Source: Mobula hypostoma (lineage: Eukaryota). From it: 64,000 nt of DNA. The stretch lies in assembly GCF_963921235.1 (NCBI RefSeq), contig NC_086097.1:54686001-54750000 (forward strand). Direction: 5' to 3'. Position numbers and translations under genes: made by a program. Below, one piece after another: positions 37,286 through 48,580 of this stretch (position 1 is its first letter; each line of letters starts with the position of its first letter). The notes under the pieces were generated by a model. The model searched no databases. It was not told where the DNA came from and saw only the letters and a program-made list of their open reading frames with translations.

Positions 37286-38725
37286 CCTAGTCTACTAAAA
37301 CAATGACATGACTAAAAATGCAAGTACTTAAGATCCCACTAGGTGGCAGTCTATATTTCCTCCAGGCAGAATGAACCAAATTTCAACTCTCTTGTTAGAT
37401 CAAAAATAACTTCCAATTATACAGCAAATTTACTGTTAGAAAATATCCATCCTCTTTGCAGAGCTGTAATCAAAAAATGGGAACAGTCAGATAAGGAGGT
37501 GTTCGAAAGTGAAATCAAAATGACAAGATTTAAAGGGCATAACGATGAGACAGACGGAGTCATACAACACAGAAGCAGTCATTTTGGCCTATTGTGCCTA
37601 TGCCAACCATCAAATGAAGACCTATACTGCACACATTCAGCTGCACTTGGTCTGTGGCCTTCCTTGCCTTGGTAGTTCAATTGTCTGTCTAGATTCATGT
37701 TAAATGTGTGAGAATACCTGTGTCCACCACCCCTCAGGCAGAAGTGAACAGATGGATTTCTGTCTGGGCTGCTATGGGAAAGGCAAAGAGATCCAAGGCA
37801 CGCATGCCCTACCACATCATTCTCCCATTACTACTCACACATTCTCCCATTTGTCAATGTCTTCCCTCAGCTCCCTCATTTCCTTGCCTACCAAGTACTC
37901 TCTGTCCTGACATTCAACATCTTGCTAAACAAACCTCAGTTATTTACTGAGATCTGTGGCCCTCCCACACCACCATGCACAATACTCCAGCCACCCCTCA
38001 CCAGGTACTCCTCTTACAAATTCCCTCCAAAATATTCCCAACTATCCCTGCAAGATCCTCTTGCCTACCTCCTCAATCATACTTTCTCCATTTCATTCCA
38101 GTAATAATACTCTCCCAGATTCTTCTACATTCCATCTAAACACAGCTGCTCACAAACATACTTCCACCAACCCTCTTACTGATTCAATAACCCCAGGATT
38201 CATTTATTAATTTAACAGCTCCAACAGTTTGGATGTCTCCAGATTAACTGGTATGAACTGGTTACTCTTTACCAAAGATGTACATGATTTAGCAAGGCAG
38301 TACTGTGGTTATATTTCTGCATTGTTATTTTAGAAGTTTGTACTAATGATAATCAAACATGAACTGCAGTCCCACAAACAGTAGATTAAAACGTTAAATT
38401 CAGTAATTTAGGTAAATCTGGAACAAACAAACAAGTATCAAGAGTGGTAAACAAGAAACGATTAATTCTCATACAAATTCTTCTGATTCGGCTAATGCCC
38501 CAGAGAAAGAAAAATGCCACACATTCTGCTCCCAAGTCTCATGGTCTCACACCATTCTGCCAAAGCACGTGAATATTTATTCAGAATTTTGCTACACAAG
38601 TCTTAGCGGGCTTGCTGCTTAATCTCAAACTGAAATGTCAAAATTTAAAGATAATTAATCCTCTGTAATAACCTCAACAATCAATGATAAAGGTGCAACA
38701 TAGATTCTCAAGTTCAGTTCATTAC

Positions 38726-38967
38726 CTTGATGATAAGAGATCATTAGCTGTTCCCCGTGTCCTGACATGGAGACCACAGGCCCTGGTAGACTGAAGAGTT
38801 CCTTTTGGATACCACCAATGCTGAATATACGAACAATTAGAGCACTTGTTGAAACAGCAGCCCAACCTTGACCAAGACAGATAGCTTCAATGTTTTCATT
38901 GTCTGCCAGATCAACCATCCATTCTTTATTTGTGTCCCTGGAGTTGAAGTGGATACACTGCAGTGTG
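38726..38967 (-). CDS. WDHD1: WDHD1 exon (~14), TLQCIHFNSRDTNKEWMVDLADNENIEAICLGQGWAAV...GPVVSMSGHGEQLMISYHQ
   Basis: attag acceptor, G|gtaat donor, 242 nt. Confidence 0.95.
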
Positions 38968-39029
38968 CTAATTGGTAGACAAACAGAAAGCAGAACGTCT
39001 TAATATACACAATAATTTCCTTTACAAAG

Positions 39030-39395
39030 TTTAAAATTCAAAGTACATTTATTTTCAAAGTATGTATATGTCACCAAATACTATGCTAAGATTAATCTTT
39101 TACAGGCATTCACAATAGATCAAAGAAACACAATCGAATCAATGAAAAACTACACACAAAAACTGACAAGTAACCAATGTGCAAGAGAAGACAAATTGTG
39201 CAAATACAAAAAGAAACAAATAATAACAAATAAATAATACTGAGAACACGAGTTGTTGAGTCCTTGAAAGTAGGTCCATTGGGTGTGTTCAATGATCAGT
39301 TCTGTGTTGTGGTAAGTGAAGAAGTCCACACTGTTTCAGGAGTCTGATAATAGAAGGATAATAACTGTTCCTAAGCTTGGTGGTATGGGACCACT
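39030..39395 (-). mobile_element. Rex1/Babar-like 3' UTR fragment
   Basis: Reverse complement matches 13120-13480. Confidence 0.65.
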
Positions 39396-39569
39396 AATCC
39401 AGCATTTTATATTGGACCTTCAAGGAGAAATAAGCAAACTGAATGTGCTGAACAATTTAAGAAATTAATTTAAGACAGAAGTGCAGATCTGCACATTCTG
39501 TGCCCCACAGTTCCCGAGGAGACGTTAGATTATGCATAATTAGGCACAGCAAGGCCCAATAAAAAGAAG

Positions 39570-41520
39570 TTAGGTTTAAGTGGAGGGGCTATTGTGAGAG
39601 TGGCCATTGTGTGAGTGGGCCAGTGTTAGGGTGGGAAGCTCAGGCTTTGCCAAAGAGAGGTAGAGGCAGTAGGTAGATTTTTTTTGTTTATTTTTCCTTT
39701 CTTACTACACAGTTGGAACAGAGGAGAAGCCAGTCAGGATAGTGAAATGCTCCTCTTACTGGATGTAGGGAGGCTTGGAGAAAATTACGTGTCCCTGACG
39801 ACTACACTTACAAGAAGTGCTTCTAGCTACAGCTTCTTACAGATAATGAAACAGTATTAGAGCCAGAGCTGGATGAACCACGGATCATTCTGGAGACTGA
39901 GGCATTGATCGACAGGACATACAAGGAGGTTATTACACCCAAGGTGCAGGACAGAGATAGCTGGCTGATTGTCAGGAGGTGGAAAGGGGATAGGCAGCCA
40001 GTGCAGAGTACCCCTGTGGCCATTCCAATCAACAACAGGTATACTGCTTGGATACTTTTGCTCGGGGGGGGGCGGGGAACCAGAGCAGGGAGCAGATAGT
40101 GGAGTGGTTATGGGAGAAGGTGCTGTTAAACCTATATGCAACGTCAGGAAACGAAAGTATGGTTGGACTGATGTTCTGGGTAGTGCACATTTCAAAGCAA
40201 AGAGTATTGTAGGAAAAGCAGATGAGGTTAGGGCTTGGATCAGCGCATGGAAGTATGACATTGTAGCCATTAGTGAGACTGGGTTGCAGGACGGGCAGAA
40301 CTGGCAGCTCAGTGTTCCAGGGTTTTGTTGTCTTCGACATGATAGAGTAGAAGGGACTAAAGGGGGAGGGGAAAAAGGACTGAAGAGGCTATATGGATGG
40401 AAATAAGGAAGGGATAACCACATTAATGAGATTATATTATAGACCACATAACAGTTTGCATGATTTAGATAAGGAAATTTGTGGAGATCACAGACTGCTG
40501 CAAGAAACATAAGACTGTAATAATAGCAATAGTAGATGTGGAAAGAATGTTTCCCATGGCTAGGGAATCTAGGACAAGAGGGGTATCCATTTAAAAAAGA
40601 GATGCAAAGAAATTTCATCAGCCAGGTGGTAAATTTGTGGAATTTATTACCACAGGCACCTGTGGAGGCCAGGTCGTTGTTGGGTGTATTTAAGGAGGAG
40701 GTTGATAGGTTCTTGATTGGTCATGGCATCATAGGTTTAGGGAGAAGACCAGGGAGTGGGGCTGAGGAGGGGTAAAAAGAATCAGCCATGACTGAATGGC
40801 CCAATTCCGCTCCTATGTCTTATGGTCTTATCCTGTAGGAGGCTAGTGCAGAAATTGCAGGGGGCCATAGCAGAGATATTTAAAATATCCTTAGTCACTG
40901 GTGAGCTGCCAGAGGACTGGAGGATAACCAATATTATTTCATTGTTTAAGATAGGCTCGAAGAATAAGCCGAGAAATTGCAGGCCAGTGAACCTGACATC
41001 ATTAGTAGTAAGTTATTGGAAGGTATTGTAAGGGACTGCATTTATTTGGATAGAGAGGGACGGATTAAGGATAGTCAACATGGCTTTGTGCAAGGTAGAT
41101 CATATCTAACTAATCTTATAGGGTATTTTGAGGAAGTTACCAGAAAAGTTGATGAAGGCAAGGCAGTGGATGGTGGCTACATGGGCTTTTCAAGGCCTTT
41201 GACAAGGTCCCACATGGAAGGATGGTCGGGAAGGTTCAGTTATTTGGCATTCAAGATTAGGCAGTAAACTGGATTAGACACTGGCTTTGCGGGAGAAGCC
41301 AGAGAGTGGTAGTAGATGGTTGGCTCTCTGATTGGTGACAGAGGCCTGTGACTAGTGAGGTGCTGCAGAGATCAGTGCTGGGTCTATTGTTTGTCATCTC
41401 TGTCAATGGCATGGTTGATAATGCAGTAAACTGGATCAGCAAATTTGCAGATGACACCAAGATTGGGGGTGTCATGGACAGTGAGGAAGACTTCAAAGCT
41501 TGTAGTGGGATCTGGGCCAG
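39570..41520 (+). mobile_element. Decayed, internally deleted CR1 retaining 5' UTR and ORF1 start; nested CR1 3' piece at ~40530-40830
   Basis: ORF1 IDRTYKEVITPKVQ...VQSTPVAIPINNRY; YDIVAISET; SQHGFV; SKFADDTK. Confidence 0.8.
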
Positions 41521-42301
41521 CTATAGATTTCAAACAACATGCAGTAAAATTCCAATAATTGGCAATCCCATTGTTCAGAAATCCTGATGAGTTGGCATCT
41601 GGCTTATTTGCATATTTCCACTTATTGGGGACCCATTTCCCCATACTCCCTTTAAATCCACCTGCTTCATTAGAAAACTTTTGGTGTGCAACATCAAAAA
41701 GTACATTAAAAGTGTATTAGGGATATTAATAGGAATAAAACCCAATAGTTCAGAAAACCTTGACAGCTCCTCACCACCAAATACCCTGGGGCATCATTAG
41801 AAATTTACATTATGTTGACAGCAACGAGAAATTTCTTCTTTTAAGTGAGCAAAAGAGCTTTCCTGGTATATACTGGGCAATGATTCACTTGTGTTTGTGG
41901 GAGCTTTGAGCCAATAACTCGCCATGTTTGGTTAACGATGTTTCAACGTATCAAGGGGAATAAGTTCCATTATATGTTTTTATTCCCAGCATGACAATAT
42001 GCTGTCCTGGAGTGAAGGAGGAATAACTATTTGCAATTCCAGCTCCTAACTATCATCCAACAGCCAGTGTACACGACAAGCTTGGGCAGAGCTACAATAG
42101 ACAGATAATGCCTTTGACAAAATCCCGCACAGTAGGCTAATCGTGAAGTTTAGAACACATGCGATCCAGAATGTGTTAGTTAAGTGGAATCAAAATTGAC
42201 TTGGTGACAAGAGATAGAGGGTGGAGGGTCATTTTTAAATTGTAGGGTTGTGGTAATGAAGTGCCACAGGGATCACTGCTGAATCCCCTGCTGTTTGTCA
42301 T

Positions 42302-42645
42302 ATCATCATTATGTAGCATGTCATATGATATGGGCAATCATGGTCTTGACCATTATTGTTCTTGGCAAATTTTCTACAGAAGTGGTTTGTCATTGCCTTC
42401 TTCTGTGCAGTATCAATGCTCATCAGAGATTGTGTGCCTGGCGTCAGTGGTTGCAAAACCAGAATTTGTGATGTGCACCAGCTACTCATTTGACCATCCA
42501 CCACCTGCTCGCATGGCTTTACGTAACCCTGATTGGGGGTCTAAGCAGGTGAACACCTTGTCCAAGAGTGGCCTGCAGACTAGCATAGGGAAGGAGTGCC
42601 TTACACCTCCTCTGGTGGAGATGCATCTCCACCCCACCACCATTA
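42302..42645 (-). repeat. Short RTE-related non-autonomous retroelement inserted in an old CR1
   Basis: ggcaatgacaaaccacttctg RTE-like 3' motif; (gat)n tail; TSD tttgtcat at 42294-42301 and 42646-42653. Confidence 0.6.
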
Positions 42646-43079
42646 TTTGTCATGTGGAATAATGATTTGTATGGGAATGTAAGTGGCATGATTAGTAAGT
42701 TGGCAAATGACACTAGATTTGATGCTTTAGTGGACGGTGAAGATAGCCTAAAGTTACACTTAGATTAAGATCAATTGGAAAAGTGGGCAAAGGACTAATA
42801 GATGGAAGGTAAATCAGGCACATAAAGGGATGGGAAGTTAAACCAGGGAGGGATATGCACAGTGAATGTTAACACCCTGAGGAGTGTTATTGGAGAGCAT
42901 GATTGAAGGATGCAAGTATAGAACTCCCTAAAAGTGGGAACAGAGTTGGACAAAATCGTGAAAGTGGCGCATGTCATGCCAGGCTTCACTAGTCAGGGCA
43001 ATGGGGTTTAATACAGATTACACAAATTGGCATGGATGAGATGGTCCAAATGTCCTGTTTCCATGCTGTCCAATTCTAT

Positions 43080-43910
43080 GATCATTGCCTAAGTTGTTCA
43101 GGATAGTGTCCGAGGCATAACTATCTCAGCTGCTTCATCAATAACCTTACATTCATCTTGTATTCTGAATCAAGATGTCTGTACAATATTTACCTGTGTT
43201 CACAACATCTCAGAAAGTGAAAGTGTCTGGATGCAACAAGATCTAAACAACAGACAGATAAGTGGCAAATAACACATAACTGCCAGGCAAAGACATCTCT
43301 AACAAAATAAAGTCTATAATCTGTACCCCCAGCTCTCAAAGGCAAAAACATTGCCTCATGCCCTAGATTATTTACTATTGACCAGAAACATAATGGGACA
43401 AGCTATGTTAATAATGTGGCTACGTGAGCCACCCCATAACCTTTCCACCAACTAAAAGGCATGCCAGGAGTGATTAAAGTTGCCTGGAAGAGTGCAACCA
43501 AGAGTGCCTCCTTGACTGATACCTGATGCACGACCCTAAAGGCTCATTCCTTAAGCCACTAGGATCCTGTGCTTGTACACTCTGCAATCTACAAAATAAC
43601 AATGAATACTCAACGTGACTACACTCACTGCATCTCCCAAATCCATGATCACTACATTCTAGAAGGAGAAGAATACAATACCGCCACCTGCAAGTTCCCC
43701 TCCAAGTCTCAATTATCTGAATGGAAATGTATGAGCATTTCTTCATTGTCGTTGGGACTGTATCCTGAAACAGTGGCAGAAGGGGTGAGGAGTGGGTAAT
43801 ACTTTACCTAATGAAACATTTCAAGGCATAGATCATTGCCATCTTCTCAAGTTCAGCTAGGGACAGAGAATAAATAATGGTCATAGCAATGACATACACA
43901 CACAGCCACT
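43080..43910 (+). mobile_element. Ancient L2/CR1-group LINE remnant; related decayed copy at ~49080-50150 on minus
   Basis: Degenerate QQDL...DKWQI.F...CQA..IS region and an aataaat-containing 3' tail; recognised by eye only. Confidence 0.4.
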
Positions 43911-44669
43911 AAAGAAAATCATCACATGCTGCCAACTGGTCTAGTGCTCTCAGGACTGCCAACCAATCTTCTGCTGTAACTTCAACTGAAAATTTACACT
44001 GATATGTCAATACCTTCCTCCTGATCTTTACTGATTATTGATCTCTCAACATCTCAAACTTGAAATTCACATCTTTGCAAATAACAATTGAATGCCTTGC
44101 ACTCCCCATTTCAGTGATGAACAAGTTTCTTTATTCATTTTACTCCAGTCTCTTACACTTGTCTCACTATTATGGCAGGATTGATTGTGCTCACTACTTC
44201 CAGTTGTTATGTTGTTACGTTGTTATGCCCTTGAAGGAAAAAGGGGTGTGCATATAAGAACATCATCACTTCTAAATTCCTTGCCAAGTCATTCTCCTGT
44301 CAGAGTTGGAGTGGATGATTAACATTTCTTGACCATCAGGGACTTTCTATTCTCCTTCCCTACCAGTACTTTCACCAAACACACTCAAAGTTAATTTTTT
44401 CCCAGGATAATTATTTATAGAAGATAAGGAAGTCTTGCCAGAAATGTACACAACTATGAATGAATTCTAAAATAAACCTAAATGTCTTTAAGTTTTGTGT
44501 TGCTCATGGAAATTACTAACACAAGTGTTCAAGTAGAATTGTTGCTGAGATTTGGCCCCCAGACTGAACATTTGATATTGTCAAAGGAGAGAGGAATTCT
44601 GAATTGCAACCACTGAGTAAACATTCAAGAATGATAGTCCAACCTAAATCTCTTAATGGTATTAAGTAT

Positions 44670-44945
44670 TGGGTGCCATAGTAGCAGATCAGTGAGCACA
44701 ACACTATTACAGTTGAGGGAGTTTGAGCTCAGAGTTCAATTCCAGTGCCATTCTGTAAGGAGTCTCGCATGGAATGTGTGGGTTTTCTCTGGTTTCCTCC
44801 CACAGTCCAAAAACATACCAGGTAGATTAATTAGTTATTGTAAATCGTCCAGTGATTAGGTTAGGGTTAATCGGGGTTGTGGCATTGCTGGGGCTGGAAG
44901 GTCCTACTCCGCACTGTATCACCAAATAAAATTTAAAATAAATCA
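44670..44945 (+). repeat. HE1/V-SINE-like SINE
   Basis: gagttcaattcc B box; ggtttcctcccacagtccaaa core. Confidence 0.75.
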
Positions 44946-45005
44946 AACGAACAATTAAAACAGACCAATAAAGATGATTAAAACATCCACCCTCTGCAAT
45001 TTTAC

Positions 45006-45190
45006 CTGGGATGTTCATCAGATTTTGCACAGGCCAACAGCACCGCTTCATGTGATAAATCTGCCATGGTATGATTAAGAAAGTTACTCAAATGAATTGC
45101 GTGGTGTATAGAGGTATCGTGGAATTCTACATCTATAGCATTATCTTGATCATCACTGTAGCAGCGAATAATACCAATGGAATTCCACAC
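45006..45190 (-). CDS. WDHD1: WDHD1 exon (~13), VWNSIGIIRCYSDDQDNAIDVEFHDTSIHHAIHLSNFLNHTMADLSHEAVLLACAKSDEHP
   Basis: gtttttag acceptor, AG|gtaaa donor, 185 nt; start of the SepB domain. Confidence 0.96.
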
Positions 45191-47688
45191 CTAAAAACAA
45201 ACAAGCATATCACGATAAAGAAATACTGTGACTTAAAAGTTAACATTCAGTGTTTGAAGCAAAAGTGTTAAAAAAGAGTGACCTTGGTTCAGAGCACATT
45301 AATTTCATACACAACTTTACGCACAATACAGGATTTTAACTCATGCATCATTGCATTTCAACTAGAACAGAGGTTCTAAATGAATTGCAACATCATCTTA
45401 ACAAAGCAAAGAAGCATGACTATAGTTCCATGACTAGTGTCAAATATAAAATCGCTTTCACTCATTTATTGGAAACTGCTTTGTTATATCCATTACTTGA
45501 AAGGAACTGATCCTGTATTACACAAGTAAAAAGCTACTTTTTATAAAAAAAAATCCCAAAAAAGGTAGTCAGGGACACTTGCTACTCAAAAAATTCTTTT
45601 GGTCCACTTGCTCTCTACTGCCTACATTAACGGCCAAATCAACAGAGTTTTATCAACATAACATACCTGGCACAGTCCTATCATTTTGTGTCCAAACACG
45701 ATTTAACAAATACATTATGGTCACACCGCTAAATTTCATCAACTAAGCCAAGAAAATTACAGCTGTACCTCATCTATAAGCTCAGGAGTGATACAACTGA
45801 AATCTAACTGTGAACTGAAAAGCCATCAGTCTCATTCAGCACAAATCCAAATTACCTCAGAATCGCAATGAAATGCACACTCACATAAGACCCATAATGA
45901 GTTTTCATGATCTAATTTAAGCAATGTACACCAAGCTTATTCAGTAAAGGAATGGTTTGCTTATGTCAAAACAAAACCTGATGCTGAATAGTAGCTACAG
46001 AATAAGGTAAGATGGCGGTGTGCTTGGTCACAGCAACCTCTTACGGGTCCAACAAATGGTGCAAATGTTTGTCTCAAACATTTTTCTTGTGATGGCAAGA
46101 CTCTGTTGGACATTGGTAATACAAAATACTACATCGGGTTCATTGCTGAGACCGATGGTGGGGCAGCTGTGTGGCCTCGGTTGTTGCGCAACAAGGTCCC
46201 CATGCTGAGATGTTACCTGTTACAGCCACCTAGGGGAGGAGGTGCCAGAGGCAATCTGGGAGGGATCAAGGTGTGCTGGAATCCATGCTGGGTTGCAGGC
46301 TGGCCTTCGCAGGCTGACTCTCTTGTTGGTGCAGCTCCCCGGAAGACAAGCTGGACTGCCTTCATCCACGACTGACCCAGCGCGAGAGAAGGAACTGTTC
46401 ATTTTTGCAGAAATGTGGCTCCAGTACAATATCCCATGCACCATTAATCTTCAGAGCATGCCATTCAGAGACTTGAGCTAATATTATTTTGTGACTGTAT
46501 GCGCTATAACTACACGTGCTGTGTGCGACTTTATGTACTGTGTTTTGCACCTTAGACCCAGAGGAATGCCGTTTCATTTAGCTGTATACATGAGTACGGT
46601 TGAATGAACTTGAATCACAAATCAGTGCCTTAACCATCAAATGTCAACAACATGAACATCTTTAGTGGATCTAGAGATCAGTGAACAGCCAAGTGGTAAA
46701 CAACAAACATAATTACACACAATGATCATACATACATTCTTCCTGCCAACACAAGGAACCAGTGTTAGCTGTAAAAATACGAGGGGCATTGGGACTTTGC
46801 AGACCTCAATATAGGGTTCAGTTTGGGTATTACAACAACTAAGCAGCATTCTGCAGAGGCAGAAGAAAAATGAACCACATGTAAGGCACTAAACTGCCTT
46901 CACAACCATCATTCCCGAGACCCTGAATTGCAGTATCCAGTAACACTTGGTCTGCCCACTGCTTGCTTATTGCCTCATGTTTGAAGATTTGACATAGGTC
47001 CAAAGGAGAACTTCGAATAATGACCAAAATGGGAATGTAACTGGCTTTGAAGGATAGATATGAAAAAATGATCATTCCCTCAGATCAGTTCTTAATTCTC
47101 TTGAAAGAAAGTATACTAAATATCACAAAACTGTGGCATCCTAACCTATTGGCTTTAGTCAGCATCTACTTTAAAACTGTGTCCAGGAACAAATGTAAAA
47201 ATTTTTGCGCAATGAGAATGTTTTCACTGGTAGGAGAATCTAGAGCTAGGAATTACCATTTAAAAGTAAGGGATCCTCCATTTAAGACATGCAAGGTAAA
47301 GATTTCCAACTAAGAGAGTTGTTAGATTTTAGAACTCTCAACCTCACAAGGCAGTGGAAGCAATCTTTGAATTTTTTTTAAGACAGAGACAAATGGATTT
47401 TCAATATGAAAGGATTCCAGGGTTGTAAGGAATGCAGAATTGAGTTTATAATGAGATCAGCCTTGATTTTATTGGATGGAAGAGCATGCTCAAGAGACTA
47501 AGTGGTCTACTTTTGCTCCTATTTACTATGTCTGGATATGCACATGCTTGGCAAAGTTGATAGTACTGTCAAGAGTGAAGGGTCATCTCATTCAAAATTC
47601 TGCCCAGAAAAGGCAAGCATGTACCAAAGGCAACAAGTCCAACCTAAGGGCCAGGTATACGTAGGATGGTTGTTTATTTTGTATTTCC

Positions 47689-48379
47689 TATAAGATAGAA
47701 CATAGAACAATACAGCACAGTACAGGCCCTTCAGCCCACAATGTTGTGCCGACCCTTAAACCCTGCCTCCCATATAACCCCACCACCTTAAATTCCTCCA
47801 TATACCTGTCTAGTAGTCTCTTAAATTTCACTAGTGCATCTGCCTCCACCACTGACTCAGGCAGTGCATTCCACGCATCAACCACTCTCTGAGTAAAAAA
47901 CCTTCCTCTAATATTTCCCTTGAACTTTCCACCCCTTAACTTAAAGCCATGTCCTCTTGTATTGAGCAGTGGTGCCCTGGGGAAGAGGCGCTGGCTATCC
48001 ACTCTATCTATTCCTCTTAATATCTTGTATACCTCTATCATGTCTCCTCTCATCCTCCTTCTCTCCACAGAGTAAAGCCCTAGCTCCCTTAATCTCTGAT
48101 CATAATGCATACTCTCTAAACCAGGCTGCATCCTGGTAAATATCCTCTGCACCCCTTCCAATGCCCCCACATCCCCCCCTACAGCGAGGCGACCAGAACC
48201 AGACACAGCACTCCAAGTGCGGCCCTACCAGAGTCCCACAGAGCTGCATCACCACCCTGCGACTCCCAAACTCCATCCCTCAACCCATGAAAGCCAACAC
48301 TCCATAAGCCTTCCTAACCACCCTATCCACCTGTGAGGCAACTTTCAGGGATCCATGGACGTACCCCCAGATCCCCCCC
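47689..48379 (-). mobile_element. CR1 3' fragment whose 5' ~230 bp is A-to-G hypermutated
   Basis: ORF 47688..48206 is the CR1 C-terminus; (ttctatg) 3' tail; see findings. Confidence 0.92.
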
Positions 48380-48410
48380 ACAAACAAAGTTTACCAGCAA
48401 TGGTGCTTAC

Positions 48411-48580
48411 CATGAACCTATGTGAGAGGTGAGATGGTGTGGAACACGGTTGAAAAGGCTTTTGCTTTGGTGTTGGCAATGGTCCAGTGTATCCAACAGA
48501 AACTGGTGCTGCTTGTGCAATACTAGCATGGTCGTCATCGTCATCAGCCACTTTACCTAGATGGATGGGAGATCCAATAT
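48411..48580 (-). CDS. WDHD1: WDHD1 exon (~12), IGSPIHLGK...GPLPTPKQKPFQPCSTPSHLSHRFM
   Basis: tttctttcag acceptor, ATG|gtaag donor, 170 nt. Confidence 0.93.

Noticed and set aside
37800..38215. G-poor, C-rich stretch as a second hyper-edited tract or a novel ORF cluster
   Set aside because: No recognisable parent element to compare against; the ORFs are compositional artefacts. Probably ancient repeat or low-complexity DNA.
39857..40618. 253-aa minus-strand ORF
   Set aside because: Antisense to decayed CR1 sequence, with no motifs or splice support.
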